Source of the DNA: Eledone cirrhosa
Taxonomy: Eukaryota
Length of the DNA: 64,000 bases
Direction: 5' to 3'
NCBI GenBank assembly: GCA_964016885.1
Contig: OZ024742.1
Location: forward strand, 51,956,001-52,020,000
Part shown: positions 26,700 to 41,460 of the stretch, in pieces
Numbering within the stretch: position 1 is the first letter of the stretch
How the letters are laid out: each line of letters starts with the position of its first letter
Notes under the pieces: model-generated
The model's database searches: none
The model's input: the letters and a program-made list of their open reading frames with translations, nothing else
What the model was told of the DNA's origin: nothing
Made by a program: the position numbers and the translations under genes

Positions 26700-29156
26700 T
26701 CCTGACTTTTTGCGAGGCTTGGAATGTAGAAGAAGCTTTATGTTGGCAATTTGAGAATAATTCATTTTTTTTTAAATTAAATTTTCATAATTAGTAATTA
26801 TTAATAGGGTCTCCATAGTACAAAAATTGCAGTTAGGTGATATTGAAGAATTCAAGTAGATTCGTCTATTACACAGCTTTGACCTAGAAATCGAGTATTT
26901 TAAATTTTTGTCTTTTAATGACCATATAAGTTGTGATAAAGAAGTCGAAAATTTCCTATTAGGATTCGAAAAGGAACATTTGTGATTCGAAAATCTTAAT
27001 TTACATGTCGATGAAGTTGCACCAATATAGTTGTATGTGATGTTATTTGCTTTTGCTGTGCATTCATAGACCAGATTGCTATCCAGATAATTATTTTGCA
27101 GAGGGCAATTTGATCTATTTCCTCAATTACATTTCGATTTATTGTTATTATTATAAATTGGACAATTTACATTAACATTGCTAGTACTTTGAAGTGTTCT
27201 ATTGATAGTGCTTAAATTAATGTTATTGTTATTCCTAGTGTTAATATTGCTAGTGTTATTATGTTCATTATCCCTAATTGTTTGTTGGTTATGATTTAGA
27301 ATTCTACTATTTATTTTTGCAATGTTCTGGGCCATATTCATAGTTGTAGAATAAGAAAGTTTAATTGTGTGTCTGTTAAATATGGAACGGTATTTATGTT
27401 ATATGGGGAAGCATTTATCTAAAGCTTTGAAGAATAGATTTTCGAGTGGTCTTTTGATTGCCTCAGATGCGGGAGGAGCAAACCATATAACTGATTTAGT
27501 TCTGATTTTTTTCCCCGATTTATTCACTGTATTTTGTGTTTGTATTATAATTTTTAGAATCTCGTTTATTTATGTTAGTCTTATTTTTACCAGGATTATA
27601 ATTCAAATTATTATTATCTATATATTCAATATTATTTTTATAATCTGCCTAACTTTGCCTTTCATCTATACGGGGTCGATAAAATAAAGTACCAGTAATG
27701 AACTGGGTTTTTGCTGGCCTTGTGCCAAAAGTAGAAACAATTATTTTTATAACCTGCCTTACGTAGCCGGTCATTATAATATCCTGCCTTTTCATCAAAT
27801 ATGGATTTATTAGCGGATATTCTAGTTATGCGTTTCTGTACACTATTGACTATTGCATTTTTCAGGGATTTAGAGTTATTAGAGTAATAGCTAACGTAAT
27901 TTAAGTTTTCATTGGACTTATGGAAAGGGTAATAAAATCCTGAGTTTAAGTTAAGGGTAACGTCAAGGAAATTAACTATTTTGGTACTACTTACAACTTC
28001 TAATTTAAGGTCGTAATTTTTAAAGAATTCAATTATAGCCTTCTTAACCCTATTTAGTTCTGTATTGCTATGCTTGACAACCGTAAATAAAATATCGTCC
28101 CTATATAAACCACCGGTAATCTCCGGCAGTTTTCTATTTACCATATTTAAGATAAAAATCCCCAGAAGATCGGTGACTTGCGCAGAGTCCGATGATCCCA
28201 TGGTAATGTCGAAGTTTCTATTCCTATCTGAACGGGTCCAATTCTCATTGTTGAAATTAATTAGAGTTCTTCTCGCAGTTAATATGATATTGATTTCATC
28301 TGCAGTTAGATCTGTATGTTTGTAAGCATAAGACAAAGCTTTATATAATAGGTTAGGTGTAATAGAAGAAGAAGAACTTGCTATGTCCATTTGGATGAAT
28401 TCGTGATTTTTCCTATTTTCTATATTTTTAAACCAGTCGAATACTTCATTAGTGTCCTTCCATAAGCTCAATTTTGACTTCAATTTCAGAGTTGGTAAAG
28501 TTCTATCAATAATATTCTTACTGATTACTCCAATATCCGATTTAGATGGAGCTATCGTTCTAACAAGCACGTCTTTATCAAAGTTTCTCTTGTGATCCTT
28601 AAAATTTATCCTCGGCTGTCTAGGTATAAAAGGCCCGGTTCTTCCTTCAATTCCAAGTTTGGCCATTAATTTAAACGCGTCATTATTGATATCTATAAGA
28701 TCTTCGGCCGGGGCTTTTCTATAACTTTTCCGCAGTTCTTTTAAAATTAAATCATTATATTCAGCTTTATCTATCCCATATAAGTTGTTGGTTTTGTCTG
28801 ACTTCACCAGTATTTTATTAACTTTTTTTATATCCAAGATTTTTCCTTTAGAGTTCTAAGGTATTGGTGACCTTTATATGGGTTTTTCTTGAATTTAATC
28901 TTCTTTAGTATATTAAGCATTTCTGTTTCAAAATCCTCCAGCAGTTTGTTGTATGGAGGATTTTTCTCGATTTAAAAATGGTTTCGAAATAATTGTTGTT
29001 GCTTTCACTTTTAGCTTCATTGTTTTCGAAATGAAATGCACGACATTTCACTCTTCTTATAAATGAGTTTGTTTGCTCAATGAGCTTCCTCGTGTATTCC
29101 TCATTAGATGGTATAAGTATATCCTTGAGAGATGTCGGGGCGGTGAAGAATTCCAT
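26700..29156 (-). pseudogene. PLE RT + GIY-YIG ORF (frameshifts, stop, SINE insertion)
   Basis: SLKDILIPS, KSDKTNN, KDHK, QMDIAS, FDITMGSSDSAQ, GGLYRDD, NFLDVT, YPFHK, then CN*GNRSNCPL and YIGATS. Confidence 0.92.
27651..27739 (+). mobile_element. Truncated SINE inserted in the PLE ORF, ~20-bp TSD
   Basis: aactttgcctttcatc...ggggtcgataaaataaagtaccag, flanked by attatttttataa(t/c)ctgcct at 27631-50 and 27740-59. Confidence 0.88.
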
Positions 29157-29362
29157 TATTTATTAAATGCGTAATCTAGTTTTCAGAAAGCGCTCAACCT
29201 GCTGGGAGCTAGATATATTTAAAGGTTAAACAAGGTTCAATTAATAAATCAAAGAATAAAGTTTTACAATAGATTAGAAGTACTCCACTGCTATGGTTTT
29301 CCGGAGTTATTAATATTAATTCAAAATATTAGCAAAAATAGACATTCGTGTGATCAAGTATA

Positions 29363-29426
29363 TTTTATTATGCATATTTCAGAGGTACTGAGCTATCTTC
29401 AACATATACGTCCTCATCAGATAAAA
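29363..29426 (-). ncRNA. Hammerhead ribozyme in upstream pLTR of A2
   Basis: ttttat CTGATGA ggacgta...gtacctct GAAA tatgca TA ataaaa. Confidence 0.75.
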
Positions 29427-30606
29427 TAAGATGATGCATGACATACCTTGACTAAGTAGATGGTTAAAATTCAGTCATGGCAGTAAATAAGATATGACCA
29501 AACTAAATATTTATATACATTAAGATTGAGACATGAAAGAATTACATATAATACAGAGGGTGCGAGTGAGAAAGCTTATAAAAATACATAATAATAAACA
29601 ACTACTAATATAATAGAAACTTACATAACTGTTACAGATTCAAATAATTTAAATTATTGAAGAAAGAAGAAAGACAGAGAGAGAAACAGATGAGGGAAAA
29701 GATAGTTACTGGAAGTATAGAAATATTTATGCACGAAAGCAAAAGAAAATTGATTAAGGATAGAGAGACAAGGAAGAATAATCTTTATAGTATAAAGAAT
29801 AGGGAGGGAGATTTATATTGTCGTGGATAAGTAGCGTATAATTAGATGATGCAAAAATATATATATAAATAAATAAATAAATATACATTTGGGCGTAGCT
29901 TTATGAATGAATAATTTTGAATCGTTGAATTATCTAGAAATAATCAATCAATCAAAATATTAAATATATCTAGGTGTAGTTATATGAGGGTTTAATTTCG
30001 AGTCCTTAAGTTAATTAGAAATAGACTATTAATCAATTATATATATATCCAAGCGTATCCGGATGACCGTTAAATTTCGAATCATTTATGTTAATTCAAA
30101 ATAGTGAATTAATCTAAAGGTATAATATTTCAGGCTATAAAATGTATAAGTATTTATATTATACTATAATATCATATTTAAAGTATTAGCAAACATGAGA
30201 AAGAAGAGACTTAATATTTTCTTCGTCCCGAAGGTAATCCATATTAGATTATATTAAATAAATTTTATATTAAAGAGATTTTATATTAAAAAATAATCAT
30301 TATATAATTTAGAAAGTAATTACAATTATAACTTTAAAAATTAACAATTAACAATTAGAATGTCCTAAAATATCCAAAGGCTTTATAATTATACTTAAAA
30401 AGGATATTATTAAACTAGATATACGCATTTATACAAAGAGTATATTGTTTAAAGTTTAAGACGATATTAGTCAGTTATATATAATATAATATAATATAAA
30501 AAATAAATTACTGTTAATATTGTTAAAAGTAAGGTTTTACGTCAATTATTATATTAGGATCATGTAATACATATATACTATAAATATATACAAATCGAAC
30601 TTCATT

Positions 30607-31712
<1,106 letters not shown>

Positions 31713-32354
31713 ATACATTTATTCAAAACAATAATATGTGTAAATTTCTAGCTAAGCAACAGAAACCTTTTATTGCACATTAAGGACAATATTACTAAAT
31801 GAATGAAATTCGCCTGAGCTCATAAGTATTTATCAGGTATGAATTCTGACCAACAATGTCTTAAGATATTTCTCTTAATATATATATTAATAGTGATATC
31901 TATACAATCCTCTTGCAATTTACGCAATGGCTGAAGCAATTTACATTCTAAATAACCTATCCTTGAGGGAAATTTTTTAATAGCTTTAATTTTGTTTTCC
32001 CTCCTTAATAGTAGAATGCATTGGAATGGTGTTACATTTTCTGGGTTTAATTAGAAAAGGCTTCGCTTCTTTTATTCAGGATTTATATATAATGGATATG
32101 TGATAAGAAATGTCCATGCCATTTAAGAATCAAGAATAAAGAGCATGAGCGAATAAAGATAAATAATAAATATTACCACTCTCTGAGAAGTCAACAATAT
32201 GTAACAAAATTTATTGAATGAGTTTTCAAAGTGTATTTATTTCAAGTAATTCTAAAATAAAAACAACCAAAATTATTTTGCTGGAAATAGTATAAACCTC
32301 TACTGCTGGTTTTATTCACTGTATAACTCTAAAGGTTCTAACACCCTCTCTCTC

Positions 32355-32442
<88 letters not shown>

Positions 32443-32451
32443 CGTGTGTGC

Positions 32452-32560
<109 letters not shown>

Positions 32561-32571
32561 GTGCGTGTGTG

Positions 32572-32630
<59 letters not shown>

Positions 32631-34838
32631 TGAGAATGTGAGTGAGTGAGAAGTGTGACCTTGTATGACCTTCTTACCATATAATATCTAATTATTGATT
32701 CCAATATTCTAAGCTCATGTACTCTAATAGGCCAGAAACATACCCGTTGCAGTCACTGAAGTTACTCTCGTCAAATATATTGACATTTTGTTTTATTTTT
32801 TACCTTTTAAAATCGGTGAAAATATGTTATCGGATAATCGTAGTTATTTAAAGCCTTTGACTCACTGTATGAAATATGTGAGACCCTATTATATTAGGAT
32901 TTAATATGCAAAATCTACCCTGAGCTGTTTCCCCTTGTTTCTATTATAAACGAAAGGTATCATACATTGATTTTTGTATTCATTCATATATTTTACAATA
33001 TCTGTTCGCCAAATCACATTTAAACATACACCCCTGCCCCGTCGTAATATAGCGGAGATGAATTTCATTCTCTCAATCCCCAAATTTAAGCTGCTACAAT
33101 TTAAATTCCACCGGGATTATGAAGTTGACAGCATTCACTGAAATTATTTATTTATTTTACTGAAGCTAGCAATGTGTGTCTCAATCATGTATGATTTTAT
33201 AATTGAAAAAATATATTGTTATTTGTCACAGTAGATTAATATATTGAGGTTGGCTTTTTACAGATATAGTCGAATGAGAGATTTAACCGAAAAATAAAGT
33301 TATAAACAAAAATATATAAGACAACTTTGTAATAAATGAATGATATATGGTTCACTTTGCTCTTCTTTATATATTTTGTGTTATAAGAGCTTCAAATAAT
33401 TACATGAATTTAACTTAGAAGATAGACTTGAAAAATTGCCAAAGAATGACTTATTTCTTATAGAGTTTTATAATATTTGTAGTTGAGTGTGTGGTTACTG
33501 TTAGACGTGTCTAATAACTATTACATCCAATAAAATCATTGTCTTTTCATTTTAGCTTTTCTAATATTTTAGTTCTCAGAATCACGTGTTTTTTTGTCTC
33601 AGATTGTTCCTCTAAAAACAATGACGATTTATGTTACATGAGGGGTGTAGAGATAGAGAGATCCATAAGCTGAAAAACCAATTTTTCAATCAATATCTCA
33701 ATATTTTCATTTTCAGGCTGCATTCCACTCTTGCTTACATGAAAAGCATATATGCATTTTAGCATTAAAATATCTATTTTACCATATCTCTCATGTTTTA
33801 TATCAGTAAAATTGTGTCAATCTACTGATGACTTTCGCACACATCATTCTTGGGTATTATATGTTTAATGAAATCTATCATGTATAATGTTACTAAAGTT
33901 GTGTCAGTCTACCGAACTCTTTCGCGCGCTTTCCGCCGTCATGTTAAGCTATTATATATTTTGATATTAGTCTTCATAAGCAATAACATCAAACAGAAAT
34001 TATATGCAGTACCACTAACGAGAATTGAAAAATGTGTTTATCGTTTTACATGCCAATTACACTACAGAATATCTAATATAATTTACATAGTAAACTTTCT
34101 GATTAATTAATTACGTATGATTTTAAACTCGTCTTTTTCAGTTGAATTAAACTATAACATATAAATCGTTAGTAAATGAAATGTATTTATGTTGTAAAAC
34201 CAACATTCTTGGATCAATATTTAGAATTTTTAATGTATGTAGTTTTATGTAAGATATTAGAAAATGAGCAATAGATTAAGAGTATGCTATGATTTTCTAT
34301 AAATTGAACATGAATTTATTCAGAAATATTCCTATCCCGTTCACGTGGATAGAAATCTAATGATAAAACACACATATCTGGGAAACATAAAGTGAATTAA
34401 ACTCCCCTAAAGCAAAGACGGTTATACTAGATAACTATCAATCTAACACAAACATCAACTGTAAAATTATTCCATAAAACAGTAAAACAATATTTTTTAA
34501 ATAATTATATATACATATATGTACATGATTATATAAACATACACACACACGCGCGCACATACCACACACTTACACTCACAAACATATGAATATATGAGAA
34601 TTTCGTATATCTAATGTTATGCGGAAAGTTTACGAATAAATATTTGGAAAGCCATTTAGCATTGAAAAGCTGGTGGTTAACGCCGTCTAGCGAAATCCAA
34701 CAGAAGATGCAGGAGACAACTGCCAACGCGGCTCGAAAAAACGTTTCCTGCAGCTATTTTAATTACAGAGGACAACTGTGAGTTTTTAACTCAATATATA
34801 CTTTTCATAATATATATATATATATAGGAGAAAGTATG

Positions 34839-34937
34839 ACCCCGACGGCAGAACTCAAGCCGTTTCGACGGCTATTTCTGGACAATAGCAAGTATATTTT
34901 TAGTCTGGTAAATAAATAGCTGAACTTTTCAAGGGGT
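34839..34937 (-). ncRNA. Hammerhead ribozyme, U3-A8 core variant
   Basis: acccc TTGAAAA gttcagcta...tagccgtc GAAA cggc-ttgagttct-gccg TC ggggt. Confidence 0.72.
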
Positions 34938-35659
34938 ACTTCCTTATAGGGGGAGATTGTAGTTGTCACGAGGATTGGTCAAAATTTGTATCAGACACAG
35001 AAAGTCTATCATGGCAGTGGGTGCGGGGTGTGGATGGCTAACTTGCCTGTAGAACGATAGGGGAGTGGTAGAGTCGGTCAAGCGTAGATGGTGAAATGTA
35101 CACAGCAAATTCTAAGGAATGTGTATGAAAGTAGGTCAGTGGAGGTTGGCGAAAAAATGTTTCTTTAGAAAGTGGAGTAGGGACGTTATAGAAATAGTAA
35201 ATCAAATGCGATTAGGGGACAATGAAAAAATATAATAAAATATGAGACAGATATGTAAGAATTTAAGATTGGAAAGTGAGAAATGAAATAAAACTAAGGA
35301 GTCTAACACAGCTGCTATATTTAGTTGGTGCTGCTATTTCGGCCAAAACCACAGAATGATTTGCGAGATGAGAATTATTGAAAATTTAGAATTAAAATTA
35401 ATACCACATCTCTGGGGTCTAACACAGCCGCTATGAATAGTTAGTAAAGCGTAATCGGCGAATGCTATCTGTAAGTTACTGGGGTGAGGGTACTGAGGCT
35501 AAAGAGGCCCGATTGGCTGCCTCAGGGTAGGCGAAAGGGGGAAAAAAAGAAACGAACGAGGAAGAAATTCGGTGGTGGAAAGAAGTGATAGGAGGAGACA
35601 AAGGGAAAGAGAAAACATAGAGGAAAAGGAAAGAGGTACATTTACCTATATAAGTAGGG

Positions 35660-37200
35660 GTTTTCTCTATCTTATTCGGCAAGTGGGGTGTTTCAGCCCT
35701 AGTCTACCCACTCGGATCGTTAGGGGTTTTGAGGGCGAGGTAACTCTTCCGCAATCTGTGATTGCGTGCAGTTACCATTTCGTCATTTCTGTTTAGTTGA
35801 TCCTTCGTAAACAGCATTTGTAATGTTTCCTCCGAGCATAAGTTACACGGACGGCGTCCTCCCGTGTAAGAGTTGGCTCTGGAAAGTAAGCTCCAAGTAA
35901 GATGGTAAGTTATATTATTATCTTGGAGGTCCCAGATATGGCCCGAAATTGTGGTGGCATGTCGCTGGACCGGGTTTCGGAACGTATGTCGGTGTTGGTA
36001 GAGCCGGGTCTTAAAGACCCAAGCGGTTAATCCTATATAAGCTTTGTTGGAGGTAGATCACGTTACGTTCTCGGCATCTGTTGTTGAGGGGGCACGTATA
36101 TCTATCAGGGCAGTTACACCTCCTAGTCGACTCTCCACTAATTTGTAGGTTGTTTCTTCCATAGGGGTTGAGTCTTTTGTTGTTTGAGAAGACGATGTTT
36201 TGTGCGAAGTTAGGTGTGGTGTTGTAGGATAGCTTGATAGTGTTTTTGTTGATTATGTTGTGGTAGCGGTGTTGTGGTGGAAAGTGTTTTTGAGGAGCCT
36301 AAAGAAGATTTTCCCGATAGGTGTTGCCACCTCGTCATTGTGGGGAGGATTGAACCACGTTACGTGGCGTGAGCGGCGGCGTCGCCTGCTGGTTCAGCTA
36401 GGGGAAGCTGGATAAAAGTATATTTCCACCCGGAAGCCACTCTGCTTGAGGGCCTGGTTGTAGTGAGGCGCATGTTCATCGAATAACTGCTCATTAGCCG
36501 ACAAACGAGATATGCGGAGGGAGATGTTTTTAAACAGATTATTGGTGATGATTCTAGGATCGTTTGAGCGGCGGTGGATGTAGTGCAGGTTGTCGTTTGG
36601 TTTCCTGTATGGGTAGTACAGCTCATTTTCGAGGTTGAGGGTAACTCCAGTGACGTTTGTAGGGTGATTTTAAATCCCGAGTCCCGCAAAAAGTTGATAA
36701 GTTGTTTACGGACCCGGTCTGTACTAATGGGGTTGTACCCTTTGAGGGTAAGGGGTCCATCGTCTCGGTACAATCCACCGCCGAATGCGGGAAACATTTC
36801 GGTGAGTTAAAATAGTAGGAAAAATCCTATAAGACCTCGGCCGAATCAGTCGCGCCCATTCTGACGTCGAAGACTGAGTCCGGGGTTGTCTTTATCCAAT
36901 AAGAGTTGTCGAAAAGTAGAAATGTACTCCTGGCGTGGAGAATGATATTTCTTTCCTGGTCGGTAATGGGCGCGAGTGTTTCGGCAAAGTCCAAGGCGAC
37001 CCTAAGGAGCTGTAAGGTAATAGATGCATAGTAACTCTCTATGTCAAACTGGATGAATTTTGAGTCCCGTTTGTCCTCAATATTCCTGAACCATGAGATT
37101 ACTTCCTGGGTGCTAACCCATAGGCTAAGTCTCGCGTTTTGCTTAACTTTTGGTATAACGCGGTCTAGGATGTTTTTACTTATTCTCCCAATGTCCGACA
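35660..37200 (-). pseudogene. PLE RT + GIY-YIG remnant (family C, more GC-rich)
   Basis: QFDIESYYASI, FDVRMGATDSAE, GGLYRDDG, and a C-terminal CNLCSEE...LN. Confidence 0.88.
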
Positions 37201-38239
37201 TTCGGGCCATATCTAGGACCTCCAAGATAATAATATAACTTACCATCTTACTTGGAGCTTACTGTCCAGAGCCAACTCTTACACAGGAGGACGCCGTCCG
37301 TGTAACTTATGCTCGGAGGAAACATTACAAATGCTGTTTACGAAGGATCAACTTCTAAACAGAAATGACGAAATGGTAACTGCACGCAATCACAGATTGC
37401 GGAAGAGTTACCTCGCCCTCAAACCCCCTAACGATCCGAGTGGGTAGACTAGGGCTGAAACACCCCACTTGCCGAATAAGATAGGGAAAACCCCTACTTA
37501 TATAGGTAAATGTACCTCTTTCCTTTTCCTCTATGTTTTCTCCTTCCCTTTGTCTCCTCCTATCACTTCTTTTCACCACCGAATTTCTTACTCGTTCGTT
37601 TCTTTGTGTTTTTTTCCCTTTCGCCTACCCCGAGGCAGCCAATCGGGCCTCTTTAGCCTCAAAACTCCCACCCCAGAAACTTACAGATAGCATTCGCCGA
37701 TTACACTATACTAATTATTCATAGCAGCTGTGTTAGACCCCAGAGACGTGGTAATAATTTTTAATTCTAAATTTTCAATAATTCTCATCTAGCAACTCAT
37801 TCTATAGCTTTGGCCGAAATGGCGGCACCAACTAAATATAGCAGCTGTGTTAGACTCCTTAGATTTATTTAACTTCTCACTTTCCAATCTTACATTCTGA
37901 TACATCTTTCTCTCATTTTCTTTTATTATATTCTCTTTTATTTTATTTTTCATTGTCCCATAATCGCATTTGATTTACTATTTCTATAACGTCCCTACTC
38001 CACTTTCTAAAGAAACATTTTTTCGCCAACCTCCACTGGCCTACTTTCATACACATTCCTTAGAATTTGCCGTGTAGATTTGACCTTCTACGCTTGACCG
38101 GCTCTACCCACTCCCCTATCGTGCTACAGGCAAGTTCAGCCATCCCCACCCCGCACCCACTGTCATGATAGACTTTTCTGTGTCTGCTCCATATTTTGAC
38201 CAATCCTCTTGACAACTACAATATTCCCATGTAAGGATT

Positions 38240-38337
38240 ACCCCTTGAAAAGTTCGGCTATTTATTTACCAGACTAAAAAACTCTTACTTTATTCGAGAA
38301 CTAGCTGTTGAAACGGCTAGAGCTCTGCCGTCGGGGT
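38240..38337 (+). ncRNA. Hammerhead ribozyme, U3-A8 core variant (other arm)
   Basis: acccc TTGAAAA gttcggcta...tagctgtt GAAA cggc..gccg TC ggggt. Confidence 0.7.
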
Positions 38338-38443
38338 CATACTTTCTCCTATTACCCACTACTATTACCCACACTACCCTAAGTATTGAGTACTTTGGTG
38401 CGTTATGGTCCATCTGGTTCCTTGCCACAACTCATTCGTTATA

Positions 38444-38536
<93 letters not shown>

Positions 38537-38595
38537 TTAAGCTTGGTGGGTCACCACTGGATAGAACTGGTCATTCCGTATAGTCAACCAATTTG

Positions 38596-38735
38596 TCAAA
38601 TCCCGCCGAGGTTAACTTTGCCTTTTATCCTTACGGGGTCGATAAAATAAAGTACCAGTCACGCACTGGGGTCGATTCAATCGACTTTCCCCTCCTCCAA
38701 AATTGCTGGCCTTGTACCTATATAAGAAACCAATA
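38596..38735 (+). mobile_element. SINE (tRNA-related, Meta/MESC-like core inferred)
   Basis: tcaaatcccgccgaggttaactttgccttttatccttacggggtcgataaaataaagtaccag. Confidence 0.8.
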
Positions 38736-38876
38736 TTAGGAAAAGAACTCAACCGTATACAACTCATCTATCTTTGATGTTGAATCTTGTTGGTGGTGCG
38801 AGAACGGAGTTAATTATTATCGAGTAAAATGACAGGAGAGCGGACTGGTGAGATTCCTTCAAAGATTTATTATAGC

Positions 38877-38939
38877 AAACACTATGTACATTTCAGTAGC
38901 CAAGTTCCGTAAGATCCTGGTGACATCATCAGGTTGTTT
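38877..38939 (-). ncRNA. Hammerhead ribozyme (family B relative)
   Basis: aaacaac CTGATGA tgtcaccag...ttggctact GAAA tgtaca TA gtgttt. Confidence 0.78.
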
Positions 38940-39493
38940 ATTGCATAATAGTTATATAATAAAATAATAATGGTAAACACAATCCAAGAGGCTATAAAAA
39001 AGCAGAGAAAATGTTTTTGCCTCGAAGGCGATCAAGAGGTCCAGTTGTTGTCAGTTTGGCTAATCACATTCGAGTGAGGATTCTCATCAATTTTATCTTA
39101 CCGGTTTGGTTAAGGTGTTGTATGTTTAGTATACATACTACTACCACCCTACCGGTTCGGTCAAGAGGTTGTTACGTAGTATGCCTACTACTACCACGCT
39201 GCCATTCATTGCTATTTGGACGCATGTTAGTTGTAAAGGAGATCAGGTTACAGAGAAAAATGTTTAGCTGGGGTCAGTCTAAAGTTCTATAAAAAATATA
39301 GTGGACAGGGGTGAATTCAGAACTAAAATTTGATGATGTGACCAGGATCTTACGGAACTTTGAAGGAATTTCAGCAGTCCGCCCTCCTGTCATTTTACTC
39401 AATAATAATTCACTCCGTTCTCGCGCCACCAACAAGATTCAACATCAAAACTGGATGAGTTGCATAACGTCGAGTGCTTCTTCTGATATTACA

Positions 39494-39538
39494 TAATTGT
39501 TTCTACTTTAGGCACAAGGCCAGCAATTACCCAGTGCA
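39494..39538 (-). mobile_element. SINE 3' tip with 13-bp TSD
   Basis: Flanked by ttctgatattaca at 39481-93 and 39539-51. Confidence 0.78.
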
Positions 39539-41299
39539 TTCTGATATTACACAATGGTTGACTATACGGAATGAAAAGTTCTATCCAATGGTGAACTACC
39601 AAATGTAAATGAATAATGCTCCTTATACTGTTGAGCGCTTTGCGATGTAATGGAGAACATGGGCCCGGTCCCAGCATGTAGCTACTACCATCATGGGACT
39701 AACTACACCCCAGTCTGATATCAACTGCAGTAAATAAGTCTACGGACCACACCTTACTACTCATTTCTATCTGGAACATTCAAACCTCCGTCGGACTTCA
39801 CAAATTCTCTGAACAATCTGCATATTCTACTATACCCTTTATTGTATTGACTGAATTTTGCATTTATATCTTTGTAGTTTTTAGGTATTTACATGGTTAA
39901 AACTCGAACCTACACTACATATCACCTCATACCGCCTCTATTCTTCTATCCTCTTTTACATTTTTAACCGTATTGTTTATTGTTTATTTGTTACATTTTC
40001 ATTTGTATTTATTTTTCATTTCTTCGATATTTTCTTATTTACTTCCATTCTTACTCTGTATATGATTACATTTTATATTCTTTATATACTTATCCTTGGT
40101 TTTTACTCAACTGTTACCTAAACTTATTTCACTACACTAGACTATTACTTTCTATACTGTTTTTTTTTTCCTTTCCTGTATGACCGTATGATATCTTATA
40201 AGATATCACACGTCCCCGCTGCAAGAAACGTTTCTTTTTTTCGTTATTTATATATCTATTTATTTATTTAATTGCTACCCTAAACGACAGGAGGCCGGAC
40301 TGGTGAGATTCCTTCAAATATTTATTATACCAAACAGTATGTACATTTCAGTGGCCAAGTTCCGTAAGATCCTGGTGCAAGTTAAGCTTAAAGTATTTAT
40401 AATGTAAAATTTAAGTTTAAAATTTAAAATTGAAAGATTTAATTAATGAATTAGGAGAAGGATGCATTTATGTAAAAGTTAATATAGTGTTCCAACACTG
40501 TGTGTTTGTGATGTAGAGAAATGAGTGTGGCTTGTCTTTCGTTAGCTACTAAAACAATGGCTTCACATTCACTGCAGGTTCATAAACCCGCGAACACTTC
40601 CGAGTAAAATCTCAAATCGGGAATAGGGAAATTTCTATTATTTCCAAACATCCCAGGCTCATGCCCCTCGTGACCAGAAGATTCAGTACAGTTGGCTGGT
40701 GTGGCAACGTATGAAAGACAGTTATTAGTTATATATATATATATTAGAGAGTTATTAGTTATATATATATATGTGTGTGTGTAAATATGATCATCAGCCT
40801 CATGATATTATCCTTTTCATAGTCCACATCGTTATGGCGATATCATCATCATCATCATCACAATCCCTCTCATCTTCATTGTCAATTATTTACTATTGTA
40901 ATTGATGCACACGTTATGCAATATGATGTATATAGTTTTTATATATTCTGCCAGTTTGTGTGAATATGAAATTAAATTTTTAAATATTATTATTTTTGTT
41001 CTGGTCTTACATATGCCAGGAACAATATTGAAAAATAAATATCCTTCATCGGTTATTTTTTATCGTCAAATATTGCATACACCATCTGCTTACACTTCTC
41101 TCTATTGTTGATACATTTCTTCTTAGTTAATACATCCTGTAACTTCTGGAGGAGTTGTAGGGGTGCTGTATTGTTATACGGCAGTTCTATTGCATTTTAA
41201 ATCTGGACAAGTCCAATCGGAATACAGAAGATTTCTTCCAGAGAAAGAATGAGGGTGATTGAGAGAATGTAAATGAGAAAGAGTTATACAGGAAGAATC

Positions 41300-41460
41300 C
41301 ACCCCAGTACTAAAGTTGTACATTTTTTTAACGACATCGAATGGATGAAACGCAAAGTTTACCTAAGTGCGATTTGAAATTAAAGAGCAGAGAGTTGAAA
41401 CAATCACTTCAAAGTGATCCCCTCAATGTTCTAAGGACTCTGCGAATACGTGCCTTAATA
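41300..41460 (-). mobile_element. Old SINE copy
   Basis: Reverse complement shows tcaaatcgc...aaactttgcgtttcatcc..gtcg core. Confidence 0.55.

Larger units (their letters stand above)
24866..30604 (-). mobile_element. Near full-length Penelope-like element A2 with direct pseudo-LTRs (29217-30604 and 24866-25835)
   Basis: 24930-25835 matches 29693-30604 and 24866-24925 matches 29217-29285. A complete but decayed RT-EN ORF lies between; related to A1. Confidence 0.9.
34826..38440 (-). mobile_element. PLE family C fold-back insertion (arms 34826-35945 / 37200-38350)
   Basis: ~1.1-kb inverted arms around a decayed RT-EN region; (TA)n flanks. Confidence 0.88.
38535..39610 (-). mobile_element. 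Family B-related fold-back element
   Basis: 38535-38930 is inversely repeated at 39330-39610; shares its tail with 10306-10440; a further fragment lies at 40284-40378. Confidence 0.75.

Noticed and set aside
39330-39370. Family B HHR in the right arm
   Set aside because: GAAA, stem III and the cleavage site are deleted. The 40330-40378 copy lacks the CUGAUGA half.
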